The notes beneath the pieces were generated by a model, which was not told the DNA's origin, searched no databases, and was given only the letters and a program-made list of their open reading frames with translations. Positions 25,349 to 36,700 of a stretch of DNA of 64,000 nt are shown in pieces. The translations under genes were made by a program, and so were the position numbers. Each line of letters begins with the position of its first letter. The stretch's first letter is position 1. The DNA is from Hormiphora californensis (lineage: Eukaryota > Animalia > Ctenophora), in assembly GCA_020137815.1 (NCBI GenBank), contig CM035353.1:5332001-5396000 (forward strand). Reading direction: 5' to 3'.

Positions 25349-25429
25349 TAATTCTAACTAGGAACGTTTGACTGACGTGTTTTATGAAGGAGTCATACTT
25401 TATCCCAATTCATTCTCATTTTGATCTTT

Positions 25430-25483
25430 GTCTACTGATGATTGGTGCCTCCTCGTGGGGCACCATGAAACATGTGTATAGAC
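25430..25483 (+). ncRNA. Minimal type I hammerhead ribozyme
   Basis: Stem I gtcta (25430-34) / tagac (25479-83); core CTGATGA (25435-41); stem II tggtgcctc / ggggcacca; GAAA (25467-70); short palindromic stem III acatgt; GUA cleavage triplet ending at 25478. Confidence 0.8.
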
Positions 25484-26372
25484 CTTAAAAACTTCCGTTG
25501 TTTTTAATTTGTATATATTTATATATATTTCTATACATTTATATATATTTGATATATAAATATATATATATTTAAATTGTATATGTTTATATATGTGTAA
25601 TTGTATAACGTTAAATATCTTAAAGAGAACTTTTTTTTATTATGCGTTTTGTTTCTCTTGCGGTTTCTACAATGTAGATCATAAATTATGTACAGGTACT
25701 CTACATGATCTATGATCGATTTCTTTCTCTACCTGTCAGCATAGTCACGGCTGACGCGTCAATGTCAAAGCTAGAAGCTAGGATTCTTATTTCAATTTTA
25801 GTCCTACTAGATCGTTGTTTTCTTTAACTATAGCACCCCCATTATTGTTTACTGTTATCATTTCTCTGATCCCCGCCCCGTTATACACACCTAGGCGCTC
25901 TCCCTCACATTGTTACATGTATACACAGAGAGCATTGTTAGAGCCTGAGTCTTACTACTCCCTGTTGAACGAAGCTTTTCGAGACGAATCCAACACAAGC
26001 TGGATTTCGAAATAAAAGCCTCTCAATAGATTGGATCGTACACCAAAAATGGGTCTTCAGGCCAAACCTTCCGATAAAATAGAAAGTGAAATCTGGTTTT
26101 TTTGGATTCGTCTTGAAAAAGCTGATTCAGAACAGCAGCTCCCGTTCAATAGGGCCGGGTTCTCAGACCACATTAAGACTTAAGTACACACGCCAAGTGT
26201 GAAAGGAAATCGGGGACCGGGGTCCGACTGTAACGGAGATAGAGACAAATTTTCTTTCTTTCCCACTACCCATAAAGCGTTGTACACGGCTCCACTAGAT
26301 ATAGTATAGAACCACCTTTGTGTTACTGTATAACGAGGACCTGGACTTGATGTATTATTAATATACGTGTCT

Positions 26373-26375
<3 letters not shown>

Positions 26376-26437
<62 letters not shown>

Positions 26438-26495
26438 ACTCTCTCTCTTTCTTAGGTTCTCTCTCTCTCTCTCTCTCCCACTCTCTCTTTCTTAA

Positions 26496-26529
<34 letters not shown>

Positions 26530-26549
26530 ACTCTCTCTCTCTTTCTTAA

Positions 26550-26633
<84 letters not shown>
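26376..26633. repeat. Compound (CT)n microsatellite with repeated cccactct / ttcttaagtt interruptions
   Basis: Direct reading. Confidence 0.95.
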
Positions 26634-26635
<2 letters not shown>

Positions 26636-27273
26636 GTGTCTCACTTTCCCTTTCTCTGCATCTCATAACTATATCACTCAAGATGATAGACTACAAGCCC
26701 ATTCTTAGGGTTACACAATAGTTTGTGTTCACTCTCTCTCTCTCTCTCTCTCTCTCTGCAGATCACACGCAGTAAACTTGTTGTTCCCTTCACCTTCAGT
26801 TAACTTTCTGCATTTCCTGCGTAAAAACATCATATCTTTTTACCCATTTGTTGATGACACGTGATCCCCTCAAAAATGTTGGTTGAATTTCGTCTTATGA
26901 CAGTCATAAAACACTTTATACATTGAGCTAGGACAAAAATCCGGGTACCAAAATGACCGCCAAACAATTCCCTAAAACTCTTATGCGGGATGCAAAGTGA
27001 TCCGAGTAACTTTGCAGTTTGCATTTGTGAATTTTTCAAAACGTGAACCCCGGTCGGATTTCATTAACACGTATTTTTGACATTAAGACGATATATCTGA
27101 CGATTGGTAAGACTTGGACCGTCAATCTTGCAACCAAAATGTTTGCCTGACAATTCTCTAGAACACTGGTTTTTGTTAGGAACCATTTTGACCTATTTTT
27201 CTATGAGTTTTGATTAATCTAAGGGTCATGACCCAAAATCGCAGGTCACGCAAAGACAGTGGGACACCCTGTA

Positions 27274-27387
27274 CAGTCGGACCCCGATTTAACGGCACCC
27301 TCAGGGTTTCCTATATCGGGGGAAGATTATCGATCCTACCATTACATCGGGGTGCCGTTAAGGGGGGCCGTTAAATTGGGGTCCGAC
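27274..27387. mobile_element. Tc1/mariner-type MITE family cagtcggaccccgattt; other copies ~49188-49343, ~63004-63085, ~63790-63872, fragments ~7940-7975 and ~26205-26232
   Basis: TA-cagtcggaccccgattta ... aaat(t/c)ggggtccgact termini recurring through the window. Confidence 0.75.
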
Positions 27388-28325
27388 TTATGTAGCTTAG
27401 ACATGCTACGTTTGATTTTATGTTCGGATTTATCTTCATGACAGTTGGTAAAATTATTCGCTGTTAGGCTCTTAAGACATTAATTATGACATAGCTGATA
27501 GCGATGATCTGAAAAACATCATATGATGAACAAGGTGCTTCTTTAACAAGAAATCATTTTTTTCTTCAATTTTCTAAATTTAGAATAGCTGAATAGAATG
27601 TAGACTCTCTACATTGACTCTCTACTACATTTATGTGTACGATAATCGCTCTACTACCGAGAAGCCTCTCGAGGAGAGACAGCAAGGCCGCTTGTTGCTT
27701 TGTTAATGTTATGTTTCTATGGTAACCTTCTTCCTGTATCGCAGTTCGCTTGTAAATGGAGCCCGTATCACTGCTTCGACCTGTGGTTACTATGGGCAAC
27801 ACGATTCTTACTCATATAATTAGGGATCCATCCAAGCGTCTGTAGCTTCTTTATTGCTTTTGAATGTTCACATTTATATTGTACTGCTGTTTTTATTTTT
27901 TCCATCACATCAAATTTTGTCCGCATCACAATGACATTTTCTGCCGATGGGAGGATCAGCTGAAGATTCGAGAACAATGGACCACTATCCCCTGTTTACT
28001 TTCAGTTTCACTATTTTCTTTCAGTTCTCTATGTTTTAGCACGTGTCTGATTCCGACAAATGAATATAAATATATCTGGACCGCTACACCAAACTCCTTA
28101 ACCTTCATTGTTTTCTTTTCCCTAGCTCCCCCAGTGTCTTCGTCCCCATTTCTCTGCGTACATAAAGACCCTAGCAAAGGTTGCCCTTTGTTCTCTTTTA
28201 TTATATTCAGTTAAATATATTATAATATCGTCATACATATATACTTGTCACCCCTTACTCAACAATTTTATACATATAATACAAACCTGCAATACCTTTA
28301 GCAGATTGTTTTTTGAGGCACGACA

Positions 28326-30030
28326 ATGAATCATCCTTATTGTGTTGGTTGTTACTCTGGCTGCTACTATCCTCGTGCAAGGTTAGTACACATAATTTAG
28401 TGTGTTTATAGGGTTAGCACGTGCAGTAGAGGGTTATCATGTCGCATGATTAGGGTATTTCTCCTGCCCAGGGGTGGGGATTATTGCTGCACCTTGAAGA
28501 GCTATCATAATTCATAAACAATGAATTAGTGAATTGTTTTGCAGGAGATGACACAGTCAGTTGTTATACAGATTGTAGTGCAATAACCTGCATTTACTAT
28601 CAACAACGCTTCTGCCATGGCGGACATTGACGAATCACAAAGTAAGTAACAAACATCTTTCTAGCCCTAAAAGTAAAAATCTGCCTTATCCGATAAATGG
28701 AGTGAATTTTGGCAATTGTCCTTTTTTGCCTAACTGGAAAATCAATCGATTTTCCAGAAACATGTTCGGGTGATGCCTATATTAACCTCCCAAAACCTTC
28801 CAGAAACCTGTTCGGGTGATGCCTATTAACCCCCAATACCCCTTCCAGAAACATGTTCGGGTGATGCCTATTAACCCCCCAATACCTTCCAGAAACATGT
28901 TCGTATGATGCCTATTAACCTCCCAATACCTTCCAGAAACATGTTCGGGTGATGCCCATTAACCCCCCCAATACCTTCCAGAAACATGTTCGGGTGATGC
29001 CTATTAACCCCCAATACCTTCCAGAAACATGTTCGGGTGATGCCTATTAACCTCCCAATACCTTCCAGAAACATGTTCGGGTGATGCCTATTAACCCCCC
29101 AATAGTCAATACCTTCCAGAAACATGTTCGGGTGATGCATATTAACCTGCCAATACCTTCCAGAAACATGTTCGGGTGATGTCTATTAACCTCCCAATAC
29201 CTTCCAAAAACCTGTTCGGGTGATGCCTATTAACCTCCCAATACCTTCCAGAAACATGTTCGGGTGATGCCTACTAACCTCCCAATACCCCTTCCAGAAA
29301 CATGTTCGGGTGATGCCTATTAACCTCCCAATACCTTCCAGAAACATGTTCGGGTGATGCCTATTAACCCCCCAATACCTTCCAGAAACATGTTCGGGTG
29401 ATGCCTATTAACCTCCCAATACCTTCCAGAAACATGTTCGGGTGATGCCTATTAACCCCCCAATACCCCTTCCAGAAACATGTTCGGGTGATGCTACAGC
29501 GTGTCCATCTGGAGAGTCCTGCTACTCAGTTGAGCTCACCATACTGATGACCGGTACCAAGGATGGCGATGAGGATGACATCGAAATGACAACTACAGGA
29601 TTCTATTGCACCTCTAATACCACCTCTATCTCGGAGTCTGAGTGTCAGCTCATTGAGGTGAGATCGTTATTCTTGAGTCACAGCTGACACTTCATGTCCG
29701 CGCGCTACGTATGAACATTTCAACCAGGGTCAACAGATATGTCTGTCCTTCTGCATCACAATTAATTTGATAATTATCCAATTATCCTACAAATCATCGC
29801 GGAGCTATTAATCAAGCTCCGTTAATTGATTTCAGGCTCTAGTGGAGACTACCCTTGTAGACGAGGATGAGTTAGGGTATACCTACAGCAACATAACGGC
29901 AGAGTGTGGTACTCTTGAAGCCTGTGGTGACGCTTGTATGGAAACATACTCGGGCTCCATGGCGGCTGTTCGACCTGCCTTCACCGCCATCGCTATTCTC
30001 CTCATCGCCTCCTTCCTGAATCTTGCTTGA
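28326..30030 (+). CDS. Small secreted Cys-rich protein with C-terminal hydrophobic (GPI-type) tail, possibly Ly6/uPAR-like; exons 28326-28381, 28545-28641, 29476-29657, 29836-30030; needs two +1 frame corrections
   Basis: Corrected reading: signal peptide ILIVLVVTLAATILVQG; VSCYTDC; KTCSGDATACPSGESCYS; FYC; EC; ECGTLEACGDAC; tail AFTAIAILLIASFLNLA. Splice phases match only after the two corrections. Confidence 0.72.
28752..29494 (+). repeat. ~44-bp tandem array (17 copies) of splice acceptor plus first 19 nt of exon 3
   Basis: Unit ctattaac(c/t)cccaataccttccag|aaacatgttcgggtgatgc; the last copy continues into coding sequence (TCSGDATACPSG). Confidence 0.95.
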
Positions 30031-30393
30031 GCTACTAATGGTCCTTGTTTAGTTGTGTCTGTGTGTGTGAGTGAACTGCAACATATCGTGACCTGTGAGA
30101 TGGAAAAACTTGAATATTTAACTCAATAACACTTGTTGCGTAGTAAGCTGCTGTCAGGCCAATGCTCTGATAGTAATTAGGGGTTGAGAAACCCCCTCTC
30201 ATCCCTTACTCAGCACCATTGCTGCACGGCTGTGTACTGTAAAAATATTCACTGTTTTATTTGGTAGTGAAAGTGAATCGTGGATCAACCTACGACAATT
30301 TTATGGTGCTATTAGTAGCACTTTTGCTGTCCCTGGCTATATCTAATAAAGTCCTTTTTTTCAACTTTCCCCCCCCCTTCTTAAACGGATTTT

Positions 30394-30484
30394 TTGCCTA
30401 GCGAGACTGTGTTTCGCGCGCCCCGCCGGCCGTGAAACAAATTTGTTTGTTGTTTGGGGACTGTGGAGGGTTAGAACATAACAA
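30394..30484. mobile_element. 91-bp mini-element (TTG...CAA family)
   Basis: TSD cggatttt at 30386-30393 and 30485-30492. Confidence 0.85.
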
Positions 30485-30777
30485 CGGATTTTTTTTGCGC
30501 GTAAAAAACAATATATTCCAGTTTTGTGGTGAGAAGTTTAAAGAAAGGACTTTATACTCAATCACACATACTGTATTGCATGGAATCATTAGAGAAAAAA
30601 GTAATAATAGAAAGTATAGGGAACAAAATGCGTGTATTATATTAATCGTATACTGACTTCAGAATCTTTTAATTTTCTACAAAGTCCTTTGTCTTTCGCT
30701 GAACTCAATAACACAAAAATTGTACGGAAAACACCTCAACAAAAAGTATACACATTTGAAAAAAATTAACAAATATG

Positions 30778-33700
30778 TTATATTTTAAGTACATCGGGCA
30801 GGCTAGGTAAACATCCCTCAGAGACGGTCGGAACAGGACTTCCCGGATCTTTCTTCCTTCCCAGCAAAGTCTCAGTGAAATATTTTACACCTTCATCAAC
30901 ATCTGGACTAATTACATGATCTGTAATCTCCTGACCCACTGCAGGTGATGGCCCTCCTGTGCGATGATTCATTGTGAGAGAGTTTGAGAAACACCATTTC
31001 CCTGTGAGGGGATCAAACCAGATCACTTCGTGGCGTCCCTCGGTTACCATGACAACCGCATCTATATTGGGATCAGGAGGGTCTGGTGGCGCGGTGTGGA
31101 AACTATCCGAATCTGAGGGGGAATTGTGTAATATAGGTTTAATAAATCTTGTACAATTTGTCAACTAGATTCTCATGTTTATTGAATCTGATCAGGGGGA
31201 TCATTGTGTTAGGTTTGTACCAGGGGGCTCTCATGTTTAGGGGAATGAGCTGATCTATGAATCATTTATTGATAATTGAAGGTGATGTAAGTGTGTGACG
31301 TAATTTAAACGGTGTGTCAGTTCTGAGTCGTGTTTACTTCAAAACAGCATGACATAACTGTGGTCTGATCTGGATAAATGAAAAAGATAGTTTAGAAGAG
31401 AGGGGGTGAATAGAGTTATGAGATTCCGTAAAGGATAGTAAGGTATAGAAATAAAGAGAGCGAGTCGAAGAGGAATTATTCATTAGCGAGAGGGATCAGG
31501 GATAGAATATGCACAGAGAGCTCGTGTGTGTATAAATGATCTTGGACTCATCTTACACACAAGCTTATAACAATAAACCCCATCATAATATAAGGCACCA
31601 ACACGCTCTTCTATAGAAAGGTTATTATATATATATATAAAAGCTTGGTTACGACGAAGTCGCCCAGCTAATACGCTGTATCCCTATAGGGAGCTTGCTG
31701 TATGAGGGGTAAATTCATTACTTATAAATATAAAGCTAGCTTTAATTTTCTATAGAAGAGTCTCGTGCATATGTCGTGTCTATTTTCGGGAAAGTAATTA
31801 AAACTGCCACAGCTGAGGTTAGTAAGTGTTTTCTGGTCAGAAGAATGGTTATGTTCGCAAAAGGCAAGCTTCCCCTCGTCCGACCCGAAGTTGGAATCAT
31901 ATGGTTTAGTTTGTCGAACCGGAAAGTTGCTAACATATTTCAAATCACAAAGACATAAATATGTATCAAATTTGCCAAAAACGTTAACTATATTGTTTAT
32001 AGCAAGAAAGGACTATTTTACAACGAATTCCCTGGTTACTATGGTAACCAACTCCGTTGTCATGGTAAATTAATCGAACTCTATCGAGTCTATCGCCAGC
32101 AACTGTATGAAACTTTCACAAGGGCTCAAAGTTTGAATATCAAATTTGCCAAAACTCTGCAGGGGCAAAATTTTTAATTGATTATTATTAATTTATTAAT
32201 TAGAAAATCAAAAATTTATGCATGAAGAACATTCCTAGAAAGTTTCAAGTCGATATTTTAAGCAGAACGGAAAATATAATTTAGTGCATGGGCAAACAAA
32301 ATGGTGCAAGGGCACATGTTCAGGGGAAATTTGCACAAATTGTGCAAGGGCAAATTTTGATTAATTTGCCTATAATTAATTACCTAATTGATATATTAAT
32401 CATACGGCTCTTCTAGTACTCGTAGTTATGCTACTAGAACATGCATAGAAAGTTTCGTGTCAAAATATTAAACGGTGTGGACACAGTTCGATCATAAAAT
32501 TGGTGCAAGGGCTGCCCTTGCACCATTTGCCCTTGCACATTGCAGCCCTTGCACCAAATTCCATTTTTTGCACGGCTCTAACTAACTAATTAATTAATTT
32601 TGACTATTCCCACTTTTCGAACATCATCTTTTATGATTGAAGAACATTCCTACAAAGTTTCAAGTCGATATTTTAAGCAGAACGGAAAATAGAATTTGGT
32701 GCAAGGGCGCGGTGCAAGGGACAGAACACGCAATGTGCAAGGGCACGGTGCCCTTGCACCATTTTTAATTACCTATAATTAATTAATTAATTAAAAATTC
32801 AAAAATCCGCCAACGTCATGACACAAAGGAATACTACAAGAACATGCCTACAAAATTTCAAGTCGATATCTCAAACGGTGTGGCCACAATCGTTGACATG
32901 TTTTTTGCCCCCCCCCCCCCCCCCCCCCCCAAAAAAAAGACCTTTCTTTGTTCTTAATAGGGCCGGCATTTTTGGGTTTTTGTGCAAGGGCAAAAAATTT
33001 TTTTTCTTTTTTTCGTTTTTTGCTGTTTTCTTCGGGTCGGAGGTGCCTGCCGGCACCTAAATGCAGCTCAAAGAGAATGTCGCTTTAAGTCGTAATGAAA
33101 GAAAAGGCTTGATTGTATTTAATGAATTTAACAGTTTGAGAGATCACTGATTTATACCTGAGGCAGCAGAACTCCCATCTTGTGGGGGTGGTGAGTTTGA
33201 TCTCTCCCACTCATACTCGGATCCCATACGAAGTGATTTCACGGATACAGGAGAATGCTGAATCTGCTGACGTTTTCTCTCTCACTCTCCCGGAAAATAG
33301 CTCTGCTGAAAGCGGGTTTAAGAAAATGATAATACAGCTTTAATGCATCATGAGATTCGAATCATAAATTAAAACTTGAATGCTTTTTAGACAAACTTAT
33401 TCATTTTATTTTAGAGCCAACTTTTTTCAAAATGAACATTGGAAAAACCATGTAGATCTCGGGGGGAAATGAAATAATATGATATATAGTTGGTAGTATA
33501 TGACACATTGCACCTACCTGTAACATCTCTATCTCCGATTGTAGAAACTCTTCCCTCACTTTGATCAAGATGAGACATACAATACTTCAAGCTATCTTTG
33601 TCAGGGTACTGCTGCCGGGAAGCTCTTGTACTGAAGTGCCAGTTACCTGTATCAAGGTGGAGATTACCGTAATACAGGTTCGAGCACACATCTTGCACTT

Positions 33701-36700
33701 ACCAATGGTAATACCATGCTCTAAAATACGCGAGAAAGAGCAAAATTGCTCTCCCTCATGCATTTCGGAGGACCGCGAGCAAATTGTAATTCAGAATGGC
33801 ATTGACGTGAGAATACTGCAAGCTGGATTACCTACTGCACTGTGTTCAGTCACGAACATTTAGACGTGAGCCTCAGTTTTCAGTGCAGGTTTCATTTTAG
33901 ATTAGTCCAAGAATTTTCAATCATGATATATTCAGTGAATAACCAGCTAAAGTATCTTATTTCATATATAACTTACCACGCATGTCATGCCAGATGTATT
34001 CCCCATCTTGTTCTTCTACATCTATTATCCCATCTTCCTCATTTTTATCTGTAGGTACTGAAAAAACATAAAATTACAATGATGAAACCTCATTTTGAGA
34101 CTGAAACAATATAGAAAAACAAAAGTAGCCCCGCACAAATATATGTATTTACCTTTATTATCTTTCTTCACTTCTGGTCGTCTAACTGGCGTGTCCGCTC
34201 CATCTAATATCTTCATCCCCCGACCAATCTCTCTGTCCAGCCGCGATAACATGCCCGTTCCGGAAGATGCCGCTGACGATCTCCCATCCCTAAAGATTCC
34301 CGCCCCGGGAAGGGAGGGAACATTCGGGAAGTAAGATGAGGAGGGCACAGGTGAGGTGTAATCTTCATAGACTGTAGAGAGCACCTCAACCTCGGTCTCC
34401 CAGTCATTAATCCCAAACACGTCCCTCCGTTTGAGCCCTTTTTCTCCTCTGACTGTGTACATTATTTTATCCAAAGAAAGGTTGAACCGAGTATTCTCGG
34501 TGGCTCGCTCCATGTAATGGGCACTGCTTCCAGCTCGGTCCATGTTAGCTGGACTAGTACAGTACTTGGTGGGGTACTCTGAGTTGAAAGACCGGATAGT
34601 GTGTAACTTCCTTCGAGGACGGCTCGGCTTTGGCGTAATATCGGTATCTTCCGGCTGAGGTGTGGTGTCGTCATCTTCTTTATCGACCATTTTAAGAGGT
34701 TTCAGATGTTTTCTTGACATGGTTTCAGTCGTCAGCGAGTTAACTGAGGTCAATGTTCCATCTGATGTGTTATCTAGTAGTTCGACTGTAATTGGCTCTC
34801 CAATCTTACTGAGAAGCATGTTACGGTTGTCTGATAGAGACTTCTGGGCTCTGTTATTTCGGGTTCCAGAAACTTCTTTGGTCGAGATTGATTGCATAGT
34901 TGGCATGGAATCGACAGAGCGCAATGTCGGGTCTTTATCGATTCCGATATCTAATGTCACTGGCTGTCCAATGCCACTAAGTAGCATCCTTCGGTTTTCG
35001 GAAAATGACTTCTCCTTCCTCTGATTTCCTGCCCTATTGGGCTCTGTAGCAGTTCTTCTCGACTTGGATTCTATCGGTTCAGTAGGTAGTGAATCGACAG
35101 AGAACAACGTAGCCTCGTCATCTTGCTGCCCGATATCTAACGTTATTGGCTTCCCGATTCCACTAAGCTTCATTTTCCGGTTATCTGAAAATGACTTTTC
35201 GTTCAATAAATGCTTCCCCTTAGATTCTGTAGCAGTTCTTCTCGACTTTGATTCTATCGGTTCAGTAGGCAGTGAGTCGACAGAGTACAAAGTAGCCTCG
35301 TCATCTTGCTGCCCGATATCTAACGTTATTGGCTTCCCGATTCCACTGAGCTTCATTTTTCGGTTCTCCGAAAATGACTTTTCGTTTAGCGGATGCTTCC
35401 CCTTAGATTCTGTAGCAGTTCTTCTCGACTTGGATTCTATCGGTTCAGTAGGCAGTGAATCGACAGAGTACAACGTAGCCTCGTCATCTTGCTGCCCGAT
35501 ATCTAACGTTATTGGCTTCCCGATTCCACTAAGCTTCATTTTCCGGTTATCTGAAAATGACTTTTCGTTCAATAAATGCTTTCCATTCGATTCTGTAGCA
35601 GTTCTTCTTGATTTTGACTCTATCGGTTCAGTAGGCAGTGAATCGACAGAGTACAAAGTAGCCTCGTCATCTTGCTGCCCGATATCTAAAGTTATCGGCT
35701 GTCCAATTCCACTGAGCAACATCTGTTTCTTTCCAGACAGAGTCTTATGGCGATGATCTGAGCTTGAGACAGTTTTATCTCTTCGAGATTTGCTATTCTG
35801 TTGCCCCTCATATAGCTCATATGAATCCACATTAGATAATGTCTTATCTTCATCTGTAGAAGGGCCCTGATTTTGTCCTAGATCCAGTGTGATAAGTTTA
35901 CCTATCTGACTAAGTATCATATCCTTTCCTTCCGATAGCGATTTCTTAGCCCGATAATTGGATGCTCCAGAAGTCTCTGTTGGGGAAGGTAACGTTTCAA
36001 TAGCTTCAAGCGTTGCATCCGATAAAGTTTCGTCAACTTCAATTGTTATCGGCTTTCCAATATCATTTAGTATCATCTTTTTGTTCCCCGAAAACGATTT
36101 CCCTGGTTTTGTTGGAGATTCAGAATCTGTGTAGATCTGTTCGGATATTTCTCGCATAGTTTCATCTTCATTAACATCCTGATGACCCAGTTGGACAGGT
36201 TGACCGATTTTACTGAGTAACATTTTCTGATTACCAGAAAGCGTCCTCTGACGCCTATTTTTAACACCATCCTCCTCATCAGTTGGCATCGATTCAAGTG
36301 CATTCAGAGTGCCCTTCTCCACATCGACCAATTTATTTAGCATAGAGTCTCGATCAGTTGGATGGATAGCATCACCAGCACCCCAAGTCAGGTCGGTGAT
36401 GTGACTTAGAGCGTCATCCCAAAATGTTGTCCCAGAGTCCTCCGACCGGTTTGTGAGGTCCAGGGTCATGGCCCGGGGTGTGTGGTACTGCAGCAACGAG
36501 GCCGTATCTCCCTGATCAACATGGACTGATGAGAGTTTTGGAGGGACAGGCGCTTTCCTCTTGCTGCGTCTTCCACGGGCCGGAGGACCAGGTGCTCTTT
36601 GTTTGTTAGATCTTGTCATGGCTTTCTGATCCTGGCCAAGTTCGATTGACACCAAATCATGCTTACCAGTACCAGTTAGTGTGATACTGCCCTCCTCAAT

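Larger units (their letters stand above)
24432..25515 (+). mobile_element. Retrozyme / non-autonomous Penelope-like unit (~460 nt without the nested MITE) in a TA-rich tract
   Basis: 37-bp direct repeat tagaccttaaaaacttccgttgtttttaatttgtata at 24432-24468 and 25479-25515; hammerhead motif immediately before the second copy. Confidence 0.72.

Noticed and set aside
28752-29494. CRISPR-like repeat/spacer pattern
   Set aside because: The variable parts are only C-run length changes of one sequence; it is a duplicated splice junction.
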